From an uncultured Thermodesulfobacteriota bacterium (GTDB lineage Bacteria > Desulfobacterota > GWC2-55-46 > JADFVP01), in assembly GCA_964474975.1 (NCBI GenBank), contig CAYYUX010000004.1, positions 1 to 54,481 of the forward strand: DNA of 54,481 bases, given 5' to 3'. The position numbers and the translations under genes were made by a program. Positions 37,226 to 46,072 of this stretch are shown piece after piece. The stretch's first letter is position 1. Every line of letters starts with the position of its first letter. The notes below the pieces were generated by a model, which saw nothing but the letters and a program-made list of their open reading frames with translations, did no database searches and was not told the DNA's origin.

Positions 37226-38980
37226 TCAAACAGCTCCAAAAAACCTTACTACTGTTTTTATCGTCTTGAACAGTATTTTTAAATCCAGCCAGAATGACTG
37301 ATTTTTGACATAATAAATATCATACTTAATCCATGAATGGAACGACGACTTTGACCGTCCATTCACCTGCCATAGCCCTGTAATACCGGGCTTTACCTTG
37401 AGACGAATATCCCTCCAGCTGGTATTGAACCTCATTTCATCCATTACCAGAGGCCTCGGCCCCACAAGGCTCATCTCCCCTTTTAATACATTAAAAAACT
37501 GCGGCAATTCGTCCAGGCTCGTCTTTCTCAACAGACCGCCTATGCGTGTAATTCTAGGGTCCTTATTAAGTTTAAAGACGGGGCCGTCCACACTCTTGTC
37601 AGCCATGTATTTTTTTTGAAGATTATGGGCGTCTTTTATCATGGTTCTAAATTTGAGCATACTGAACTCACGGCCATCTTTACCGCACCTCTTCTGCCGA
37701 TAAATAATCTCGCCGGGAGAGTCTAACTTCACAATAAGGGCTACAAGAAGCATAAGCGGCGAGAGAATAATAAGGGCAGTGGCAGATACAAGCAAATCCA
37801 TAGCCCTCTTGGCCATCATAAAAAACATGGACCGAGCGGCCTCCACTCTCCCTATTGACACACCGCTTACGAAGGGTGCGCTACCAATGGTAGGCACTAT
37901 ATTCACATCACCGTGTTTGATATCTCCAACAAGGGTCATGTTGTTATAAGATTTGCCTTCTTTTATATCCGCTTTTGATGCGGCGACGCAGTAAAAGAGG
38001 CTTGCCCTGCTCCGCACCTCCGTACCGGACCATAGGATACTCTCCCGTACTATAGCCCCTTCGTCAACGACACAAGACTCTCCGAGTATAACGGGGCCTA
38101 TTATCTGGGCATAGTCCTTCACCACGCAGTTGTTACCGAGCACCACAGGGCCGAGCAGATAAGACCTCGGAGAGATAGCAACATCACGTCCTACCCAGAT
38201 ATTGGAACCAACCTCCTTGAGCCCTATCGGCACATGCCCATCGAGGATACGAGACCTATGGAAGTTATAATAGTCATCAACGCTCTCTATAGCCTTTATA
38301 GAGCCTTCAAATTTATATGTATATACGGGAAGAGAGGCCTTTTTCATGGCAGGAAAGAGCTGTTCTTTTATATCAAAATAACCCTCTCCATCGATAAGGG
38401 AGAGGGCGCAGGGGTTTACCACGAAGATGCCCTCTGACTTTACGGAAGACCTTCTCTCTCTTGAAGCGTGAATTATGGAAATATCATTTACAAGGCCATC
38501 CTCACTGGTCGTAATGGTCTCAAGAGTGGAGTTGCGCTTATGCGAGACACCTATGGTGAGCGCCGAGCACTTTGCCTTATGAAACCTTATCAACTCACCT
38601 ACGGCGTTAAACTCCGCGAAAGTATTGCACTGAATTACCAGAACGTCCTCGTCCTCAAAAAAATCCTCGAGGTCGCGCAAAACCCCTGCCGTACCCCTCG
38701 GCACGTCTTCCTCATAGTACTCTATTTTTACAGGAGGCATCTTGCCGCCGAAGATATCGGCCGGCATATCAATGTCGTCTCCTTTTTGCCCTACTATCAC
38801 TATATTAGTGATACCGTTATCAGAGAGGCACTGAATGGTCTGCTCTATGATGGGTCTGTTAAAAACAGGCAGGTTCATAATGGAAGTGTGCTTGATGAGA
38901 GGTGCAAGAAACTCATTTTCCCCATCAGCCAAGACAACAGCCCTCTCCACCCTACCATTAATATCAGCGTGACTAATCAT
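37226..38980 (-). CDS. Fusion of an NTP-transferase-like domain, a left-handed beta-helix and a phosphoglycosyl (initiating sugar) transferase
   Basis: N-terminal 'AVVLADG...LPVFNRPII...EDVPRGTAG'; hexapeptide repeats 'PVVLGNNCVV...IGPVILGESCVV'; C-terminal 'KRAMD...KFRTM...DPRITRIG.LLRKTSLDELPQ.FNVLKGEMSLVGPRP...VKPGITGLWQV'. Confidence 0.9.
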   Translation of the reverse strand: MISHADINGRVERAVVLADGENEFLAPLIKHTSIMNLPVFNRPIIEQTIQCLSDNGITNIVIVGQKGDDIDMPADIFGGKMPPVKIEYYEEDVPRGTAGVLRDLEDFFEDEDVLVIQCNTFAEFNAVGELIRFHKAKCSALTIGVSHKRNSTLETITTSEDGLVNDISIIHASRERRSSVKSEGIFVVNPCALSLIDGEGYFDIKEQLFPAMKKASLPVYTYKFEGSIKAIESVDDYYNFHRSRILDGHVPIGLKEVGSNIWVGRDVAISPRSYLLGPVVLGNNCVVKDYAQIIGPVILGESCVVDEGAIVRESILWSGTEVRSRASLFYCVAASKADIKEGKSYNNMTLVGDIKHGDVNIVPTIGSAPFVSGVSIGRVEAARSMFFMMAKRAMDLLVSATALIILSPLMLLVALIVKLDSPGEIIYRQKRCGKDGREFSMLKFRTMIKDAHNLQKKYMADKSVDGPVFKLNKDPRITRIGGLLRKTSLDELPQFFNVLKGEMSLVGPRPLVMDEMRFNTSWRDIRLKVKPGITGLWQVNGRSKSSFHSWIKYDIYYVKNQSFWLDLKILFKTIKTVVRFFGAV

Positions 38981-39290
38981 GTAGCGGTTCCTTGTATGCG
39001 GTATCGAGATGTTATGAAGAGATTCCTTGTATGCAGTCTATTGATGTGCGGTACGCAGGCTTCAGAGGTTTATGCCCAATAAGGGGCGATGAGTTTTAGA
39101 AACACCGAGGTATGGTGAAGGCCATCGGCTTTAGTATGCCTCCCATTCTATCAACTCTACGGCAAAGTATCTGCCGAAAAATTATGCTATTAGATTAACT
39201 CATTACACACTGTTTTGTCAATCCCCCCATGGAGGGGTTTTTAATAAGACCCTGCCGGGGCCTTTAAAAACAGGCAAATGAAGAGAGATG

Positions 39291-39881
39291 TTATTGATTG
39301 CCGGCAAAAACCCGGCATATAAGAAGGGACCTGTTTTTAACAGATATCTTTTGCATTATGCTCTTGACGTGATCCTTAACCGTATACTCGCTTATAAAGA
39401 GTAGCGCCGATATATCCTTGTTAGTCATGCCCCGCACTACACCGGTAAGGACCTCTATCTCCCTTTTTGTGAGTTTAAACCTTGCTCCCACTTTTTTAAC
39501 ATCAGCCGTGAGCCTTGTTGAAAACTTCTCAACGGTAACCATTACATGTGAGGTATCTGCATCCCGCTTTATCCTGCGGATAGGTATGGCTCTTAGTAAA
39601 AAATCCTCTCCCCCGCACAAGAAGCTCTTATAAACAAAATGCTTTTGCGCATCCTTCTCCCCGTCTGTCTGCACCCCCAGATCATCGCATAGAGAGATTA
39701 CCTGCTCAGGCACTACGGGGTCGGTATCAAGCGCGCGCTCATAAGCGGCATCCGATGCGTCCATCAATTTACGCAAAAACTTATTTGCCTCTTCATTCAC
39801 ATATATAAGCTCTCGGGCGGAATTGAAGATCATAACACCGGAAAGGGCCCGCTTACTTATTATGTCACTATAGGAATCCAT
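39291..39881 (-). CDS. LuxR-family helix-turn-helix transcriptional regulator with PAS-like N-terminus
   Basis: C-terminal 'LTKREIEVL..V.RGMTNKDIS..LFISEYTVKDHVKSIMQK'; no receiver-domain motifs. Confidence 0.85.
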   Translation of the reverse strand: MDSYSDIISKRALSGVMIFNSARELIYVNEEANKFLRKLMDASDAAYERALDTDPVVPEQVISLCDDLGVQTDGEKDAQKHFVYKSFLCGGEDFLLRAIPIRRIKRDADTSHVMVTVEKFSTRLTADVKKVGARFKLTKREIEVLTGVVRGMTNKDISALLFISEYTVKDHVKSIMQKISVKNRSLLICRVFAGNQ

Positions 39882-40039
39882 CGCAATAAAACTTATACCC
39901 TTTGCCCTGCAACCCAGCGTCCCGGTAGATGCTTTCCCTTTAGATGATATTAACTCTTATAGCCTCTTGTCAAGATATTCCTTCACGATAGGGTCATGGC
40001 TTCATGACAATCACAAAGAGACCACTGTCCTTTTTTTTG

Positions 40040-40069
40040 TTGCCAAGAGGCACTTGCCTCTTATATTAT
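40040..40069 (+). promoter_or_regulatory. Candidate sigma70 promoter with a palindromic operator in its spacer
   Basis: TTGCCA (40040-40045), 18 nt, TATTAT (40064-40069); AAGAGGCA-CT-TGCCTCTT inverted repeat at 40045-40062. Confidence 0.45.
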
Positions 40070-40245
40070 AATAATATTTTTCGTGCCGGAATCTGCCTTG
40101 CGACGAAGGTCAGAGCAACGGATACATATTAAACAATGAGGTCAACGCCTCTCCATAAACAAGTTTTCGTTATCTTACCTTCTTTTTCCAAATAAAAGTT
40201 AGCGCCCTCATTATCTTACAGAGGACTGGAGATATACAAAAAAAT

Positions 40246-40992
40246 ATGAGCCTTTCCGAGACAAACAAGAGGATATGGGATGACTTTGTCCCTGACTATG
40301 TAGATGACAGGGTCGCCAAAGTGCTGAGCCTCCTTCCACGCTCCACACCAAAGCCAAAGTATCTCGACATAGGTTGCTCAACAGGCTCCGCCACCATGCT
40401 CGTGGCAGAACGCATAGGCGCAAGCGTCGTAAAGGGCGTAGACTTTGTTCATACGGAAGAGGCCATAAAGAAGGGCGTAGACGCCCTGAGCCGGGACCTT
40501 AACAGCGGTGCGCCTCTTCCTTATGAAGACAAGACCTTTCATGTCGTCACCTGCATGGAAACAATGGAGCACGTCCACGACACGGATTTTCTCCTCTCAG
40601 AACTCTGCCGCGTATTAAGAGACGACGGCACGGCCATCGTGGACATACCGAGGCTCGACTCCATGATGAACATCCTCCTTCTGCTCTTCGGCTTTCAGCC
40701 TCCGGGCGTGGAATGCTCTTCATCAAAGCGCTACGGGGCCATAAACAGCGGAAGTATTCTCACGGGCCATGTATCCTATTTTACAAAAAGGGCCTTCCGC
40801 GAGATACTGCAAGCCAATGGTTTTACTATTGAAAAATTTGCCCAGACAGGCCAGAAGAGCGACTGGGAGGCAGTGCAGGCAAAGCTCGGCAAAGCTCCGG
40901 GCATGCTTCCCCGCCTTCTCTGGACCATTTATGATACCTTCCCCTTCAAGAAAGACTACATGATAATGAAGGTGCGTAAAGGGAAAAGATGA
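40246..40992 (+). CDS. Class I SAM-dependent methyltransferase
   Basis: 'YLDIGCSTG', 'LPYEDKTFHVV...ETMEHV.D....L.E..RVLR..G'. Confidence 0.88.
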   Translation: MSLSETNKRIWDDFVPDYVDDRVAKVLSLLPRSTPKPKYLDIGCSTGSATMLVAERIGASVVKGVDFVHTEEAIKKGVDALSRDLNSGAPLPYEDKTFHVVTCMETMEHVHDTDFLLSELCRVLRDDGTAIVDIPRLDSMMNILLLLFGFQPPGVECSSSKRYGAINSGSILTGHVSYFTKRAFREILQANGFTIEKFAQTGQKSDWEAVQAKLGKAPGMLPRLLWTIYDTFPFKKDYMIMKVRKGKR

Positions 40993-43900
40993 AGACCTCC
41001 TCCGCCTCACTTTTCCCCGGCGCAACGGGCCTTGCCGTCTTCGCCCTTGCCGTCGCCCTCTACCTTCCCCTCTCTTATCTCGACATATCCATGCTTGACG
41101 AGGGGGCCCTCCTTTACGTTGCCGAGAGGCTTACAAAGGGCGACGTCCTCTATAGAGACATAGTAACGGGCATCATGCCCGGCGTATATTACCTGCAGGC
41201 GCTGTTTTTTTTGCTCTTCGGATACTCCGTCATCGCGGGGAGGGTTCTGGCCGGACTAACCCTTGCCGCATCGGCCATGCTGATGTACTCAACTGCCCGG
41301 TACTTCCTCACCAAAAAAAGCGCCTTCGTTGTTACCATGCTCTTTATATCAATGGCCCTGCCGGCATACAGATGGCCGGGGTATTCGCAGATGTCCATTA
41401 CTCTGGCTCTCTGCTCTCTGCTCTTTTTTTTACGCTATATTAACTCTCTATCCCCTTACGCCATCATCATATCCGGGGCCTCCGCAGGACTTGCCCTGAT
41501 ATTCAAGCAGAACTACGGCGTATTTCTATGCGCAGGTTTAGGCCTTATACTCCTCGCAAGGCTGGTCTGCAAAAAAGAACTTAAGGCCACTATACTCTTT
41601 TCCATAGCCTTCTTAATACCCATCGCATTGACAGTACTCTATTTCTACTCAGAGGGGGCCCTGCCCGAGATGGTGCAATATACATTCATCTCCCTCTTCA
41701 AAAAGGCGGCTAACGCCTATTATAAGCCCTATCCTCTGCTATCAAGGACAGACCCTTACTTTTTCTACCACGAGATATATAACTTCATCCCATTCAGAGA
41801 CCTCGCTGTATGGACACTGAAAGACGGCATAATAGGCGAGAGCTGGTTCAGGGCATCAGCGGCCGTTATATATCTACTGCCGCCCTTTATCATTGCCGCC
41901 GCCGTCTTCCATATCGCCGCCGCCATTATCCGCAACAAGGCCCTGCCCTGGAAAGAAGGGACCCTTGTACTCATTGCTTTTCTCTTATTTCTTGGCGTCT
42001 TTCCGAGAAGCGATATCTCTCATCTCACATTCATCCTCCCGCCCATATTAATAACGGGCGCTCTTTTGGGCAATAGACTCCATCTATCAGGCAGAGCGCT
42101 ACAGATATCAAGAGGCACTGCCTTTACGCTTGCAGGCGTCTTCTCCATCTCTTGTCTCTTTTCTTCATATATACCCATATTTCCCCTCGCACCGAGAGCA
42201 CAAAAAGAGGCCCTGCGCATACCGAGGGCCCGGGCCGTAAGGGTACAAGACAACGCGGCCGTTGTCATACGGGCCGTAACAAGGCACATCAGGGATAATA
42301 CCGCCCCCGACGAGCCTATCCTTGTGGTACCCACAGGGGCCATGTACTATTTTCTGACAGCCAGAAAGAGCGCCGTACCATACCCTCTTATAATGCCGGG
42401 GGCAATGGACGAGGCCGAGGTCATCGCCGCCATGGAAAAGACGAAACTTCGATACATCGTATACTCGGACATGAGCTTTGACAACAAGACGCTGAGCAGG
42501 CATATGCCTCTCATACACGAGTATATTACAAAACACTACCATATAGATGATAGCTACCCTCTGAGAGATACAGGCGGGGCTACCTATGTGCTGAAAAGGG
42601 GCCTATCAAAAGAAGATGTAATACCTTTAAATAATTACCGAAAAGAGCCCGCCGGCCCAAAAACTGTGGCATACGATTTTGTCAAGCATCTTCCTGATGC
42701 CAAAAGCGGAGTAATACTCGGTATCGGCCGGGGTCTGCCCCTTTACAGATTCAATCAGGTATCGCTCGGCGCGTGGCTCTTGAAAGACGCCATACTTCAG
42801 TCGCCGGGAAGACGCTGGTCCAAGGTTTACACATCATTTGCCCTTCACATACCGGCGGACTCGGCGCTGAAATTCTCCATAGGCGGCTCACCTCTGCTCT
42901 GGCACAGTGAAGACGGCGACGGCATATTCTTTGAGGTATATCTTTACGATATAAAGTCAAAAAAGACCTCGAAACTATTTTCACGCTATTTAGACCCCAA
43001 GAACAATACGGGCGAGAGAAAGTGGTTTACATATTTGGCGGGTTTGAAAAAATACGAGGGACGTGATTTAATAATCTCATTCGTCACATCAGGCGGGCCG
43101 CGCTTTAACCTGACAAGGGGAAAGATAAACAGGTGGCGGCAGAGCGATATCGCCGGTTGGGGTGAGGCAGAGCTACTCTCCTTAAGCGGGGACGCCGAAG
43201 GTGGCCGAGAGGGGGCGAAAAAAATGGAAATACCCGGGAAAAAGCTCCCCGAGGCAGTCCTCTCCGAGATGTCAGGCTTTGACGATATCTCCTTCTTTTT
43301 AGCGGAAGAGAAGAAAAACCCCGGAGACTATGACGTGCATATGGCCCTTGGCCAAATATATAACCGAAGAGGCAGGATAGATAAAGCGGTCGGAGAATTC
43401 CGTGCCGCCTTAAAGGCCTATCCCGCCGGAAGCGAGGCAAGGGACTTTCTCGCGAGGCATTACATAAAAACCGGGAAGATAAAAAAGGCAAAGAGCCTGC
43501 TCGCCGAAGGCCTGAGAAAGGCCCCTGAGGACTCGAAGCTCAACATGACCATGGCAGACCTTTACAGGCACAGAAAAAAATATAAGAGGGCCATAGCGGG
43601 ATACGGCCGAGTTCTGCGCCTACACCCGGCGAACCAATGGGCGCGTCTCTCACGCGGGCGAAGTTATCTTGCCCTCGGAGATGCCCGACGCGCGGCCGCG
43701 GAGGCCCAGAAAGTACTCCACGCGCACCCCGGCAATGGAACCGCCCTTATCCTGCTCGGTGACACAGAGAGATTCAAGAAAGAGTGGAAGAGGGCCGAGG
43801 AAACATACAGAGAGGCCCTTGAAAAGGCCCCCGGAAGCAGAACAGCCGTCTACAAAATGGGTCTAACCCTTAAGGCGGAGGGCAAACGAGAGAAAGCCCT

Positions 43901-44009
43901 GCGGGTCTTTCGCGAGATTGCCTCCAATAAGAACAGCAATGTTTCTCTAAAGACCCTTGCCGAAAAGAAGATAGCGGAGATAATGAAAGATATCGAGGAG
44001 CACAAATAA
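40989..44009 (+). CDS. GT-C-fold (ArnT/PMT-like) membrane glycosyltransferase with a beta-sandwich domain and C-terminal TPR repeats
   Basis: 'LDEG...Y.A..L..G...YRD....MPG' first-loop motif, about 11 TM helices, 'FKQNYG'; C-terminal helical repeats 'HMALGQIY..RG..DKA...FRAAL...P'. Confidence 0.75.
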   Translation: MKTSSASLFPGATGLAVFALAVALYLPLSYLDISMLDEGALLYVAERLTKGDVLYRDIVTGIMPGVYYLQALFFLLFGYSVIAGRVLAGLTLAASAMLMYSTARYFLTKKSAFVVTMLFISMALPAYRWPGYSQMSITLALCSLLFFLRYINSLSPYAIIISGASAGLALIFKQNYGVFLCAGLGLILLARLVCKKELKATILFSIAFLIPIALTVLYFYSEGALPEMVQYTFISLFKKAANAYYKPYPLLSRTDPYFFYHEIYNFIPFRDLAVWTLKDGIIGESWFRASAAVIYLLPPFIIAAAVFHIAAAIIRNKALPWKEGTLVLIAFLLFLGVFPRSDISHLTFILPPILITGALLGNRLHLSGRALQISRGTAFTLAGVFSISCLFSSYIPIFPLAPRAQKEALRIPRARAVRVQDNAAVVIRAVTRHIRDNTAPDEPILVVPTGAMYYFLTARKSAVPYPLIMPGAMDEAEVIAAMEKTKLRYIVYSDMSFDNKTLSRHMPLIHEYITKHYHIDDSYPLRDTGGATYVLKRGLSKEDVIPLNNYRKEPAGPKTVAYDFVKHLPDAKSGVILGIGRGLPLYRFNQVSLGAWLLKDAILQSPGRRWSKVYTSFALHIPADSALKFSIGGSPLLWHSEDGDGIFFEVYLYDIKSKKTSKLFSRYLDPKNNTGERKWFTYLAGLKKYEGRDLIISFVTSGGPRFNLTRGKINRWRQSDIAGWGEAELLSLSGDAEGGREGAKKMEIPGKKLPEAVLSEMSGFDDISFFLAEEKKNPGDYDVHMALGQIYNRRGRIDKAVGEFRAALKAYPAGSEARDFLARHYIKTGKIKKAKSLLAEGLRKAPEDSKLNMTMADLYRHRKKYKRAIAGYGRVLRLHPANQWARLSRGRSYLALGDARRAAAEAQKVLHAHPGNGTALILLGDTERFKKEWKRAEETYREALEKAPGSRTAVYKMGLTLKAEGKREKALRVFREIASNKNSNVSLKTLAEKKIAEIMKDIEEHK

Positions 44010-44812
44010 TGGGATTTGCCCTGCGAAGAAGCTTTAAACGCTCCATTGAGTTTAAGGACCTTGTGGCGGAGTTCGTGAAGAGCGACTTGAAGGCCCGTTA
44101 CGCGGGCTCGGCGCTGGGACTCTACTGGTCCGTCATCAACCCCATACTGCTCCTCATAATATACACCCTTGTCTTCTCTACCATCCTCGGCGTAAGGTTC
44201 AATGGCGGCGCGAGCCGTCACAGCTACACGCTATATCTATTTTGCGGACTCCTGCCCTGGATAGCCTTTCAGGAATCAATCACTGCCTCTGTGGGAACCC
44301 TTACGAAAAACGCCAATCTTGTGCGAAACGTCGTCTTTCCATTGAAGACTCTCCATACGTCCATCATCATCTCGGCAATTATAAGCGAGCTTATAGGCAT
44401 CGTAATACTGCTTATCTTCAGGGTCATCATGACAGGGAGCATCGGTCATCTTACGCCGCTCCTTATCATAATCATATTTTTTCAGTTTCTCCTCACCATG
44501 GGGTTTTCTCTTCTCCTATCGGCGCTCAATGTATTTTTCAGGGATGTAGCCCCTTTAATGACGCCAATAATAAGGATGTGGATGTATCTAACGCCCATTT
44601 TCTTTCCCATTACCATCGTGCCTGCGAAGGTACGGATCGTCCTTTACATCAACCCCATGACAGCCCTCGTGACGGCATACAGGGATGTCCTCCTCAATGA
44701 CAGGCTTCCAGGTATTGGATTCATATACTTAATGATATTTTCCATTGCAATATTCATCATAGGCTACCGTTTTTTCACTAAAAACCATATGAGGCTTGTA
44801 GACCTGCTTTAG
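44009..44812 (+). CDS. wzm: ABC polysaccharide exporter permease Wzm
   Basis: 'DLKARYAGSALG.YWS.INP', 'GLLPW..F', 'FFRDV', 'W.YLTPIF', 'NPM'. Confidence 0.92.
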   Translation: MGFALRRSFKRSIEFKDLVAEFVKSDLKARYAGSALGLYWSVINPILLLIIYTLVFSTILGVRFNGGASRHSYTLYLFCGLLPWIAFQESITASVGTLTKNANLVRNVVFPLKTLHTSIIISAIISELIGIVILLIFRVIMTGSIGHLTPLLIIIIFFQFLLTMGFSLLLSALNVFFRDVAPLMTPIIRMWMYLTPIFFPITIVPAKVRIVLYINPMTALVTAYRDVLLNDRLPGIGFIYLMIFSIAIFIIGYRFFTKNHMRLVDLL

Positions 44813-44815
44813 ACC

Positions 44816-46072
44816 ATGATAGCCATAAAGGCCGAGGACCTCGGCAAAAAATACGAGATATACACCAAGCCATCGGCGAGGCTTGCCGAGATGGCATTCC
44901 CCAAAGGCAAGAAGCGTCACAGGGATATGTGGGTCCTGAAGGGGCTGAACTTCGAGATAAAAAAGGGGAGTACCTGCGGTATTATCGGCCACAACGGCGC
45001 AGGAAAAAGCACGCTCCTGCGCCTCCTCTCAGGGCTGAGCCAACCAACGACGGGCAAGATTATCGTCAAGGGCAGGGTCACCTCCGTGCTTCAGCTCGGC
45101 GCAGGCTTCAAGGCGGACTTTACGGGACGGGCCAACCTCTTCATGAACTGCTCTCTTCTCGGGCTGACAAAAGGAGAGGCCGAGGCCAAGTTCAAGGAGA
45201 TTGTGGACTTCGCGGAGCTATGGGACTTTATTGATATGCCTGTCAAGACATACTCTTCGGGCATGAAGATGCGCCTCTCATTCGCCATCATGATAACCAT
45301 GGACCCCGAGGTCTTCCTCGTAGACGAGGTCCTCGCCGTAGGAGACGAGTACTTCAGAGGAAAATGCTTCAATAAGATAAATGACCTGAAGAGGCGGGGG
45401 AAGACCCTTGTACTCGTCACGCACAGCCTCTATAATCTGCGCGCCATCTGCGACCGCGTTATGCTAATTGACAAAGGCGTCCTTATTGCAAACGGCGGTG
45501 CCGACGAGGTTGTAGATAAATACCTCTCCATGGTACACGCTCAGAGAGAAGACAAGATAAAGGCATTGAATAATAGCCACGAGGAAGAAGCAGAGGCCGG
45601 ACCGCCAAGATGGGGGGACGGCGGGATACAGATAAAAAAGGTCAGGCTCCTGGACAAAGAAGGCGTGGAGCGCTATGTATACAGGCCCAACGAGACAATG
45701 CTCATAGAGGCCTCCTATGATGTAACGAAGACTACTTATAATCCCGTATTCGGCATTGGTATATTCAGAAACGACGGCACATACATCTCCGGGCTCAACC
45801 ACCTCTGGCACGAGGACCCCATGGAGATTGCAGAGCTACGCGAGGGGACAAGGGGGCGCGTCACCTGCTCCATTGAAAATCAGCCGCTCCTGAAGGGCTC
45901 TTATTACATATCCTACTACTGCTACGACCACAGCGAGCTTGCCCCAACGCCCATCGACCACATGGAAAAGGCCCTTATCTTCGAGATTATGGAGGGTAAC
46001 ATAATCGAGCATGGCCTCATCTCCATTGCCACCACCTGGGATATAAAGGAAGGAACCCGTGGACCCGATTAA
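44816..46072 (+). CDS. wzt: ABC polysaccharide exporter ATPase Wzt with C-terminal carbohydrate-binding domain
   Basis: Walker A GHNGAGKST, 'PVKTYSSGM..RL.F', 'VDEVLAVGD..F..KC'; about 170 aa C-terminal Wzt_C extension starting 'RWGDG'. Confidence 0.93.
   Translation: MIAIKAEDLGKKYEIYTKPSARLAEMAFPKGKKRHRDMWVLKGLNFEIKKGSTCGIIGHNGAGKSTLLRLLSGLSQPTTGKIIVKGRVTSVLQLGAGFKADFTGRANLFMNCSLLGLTKGEAEAKFKEIVDFAELWDFIDMPVKTYSSGMKMRLSFAIMITMDPEVFLVDEVLAVGDEYFRGKCFNKINDLKRRGKTLVLVTHSLYNLRAICDRVMLIDKGVLIANGGADEVVDKYLSMVHAQREDKIKALNNSHEEEAEAGPPRWGDGGIQIKKVRLLDKEGVERYVYRPNETMLIEASYDVTKTTYNPVFGIGIFRNDGTYISGLNHLWHEDPMEIAELREGTRGRVTCSIENQPLLKGSYYISYYCYDHSELAPTPIDHMEKALIFEIMEGNIIEHGLISIATTWDIKEGTRGPD

Noticed and set aside
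38468-39082. 204-aa plus-strand ORF
   Set aside because: Antisense to the well-supported sugar-transferase fusion; no recognisable motifs.
39161-39180. GGCAAA...GAAA resembling the start of a c-di-GMP-I riboswitch
   Set aside because: On the wrong strand for the EPS operon, and the second stem and GACGCAAA-type elements are missing.
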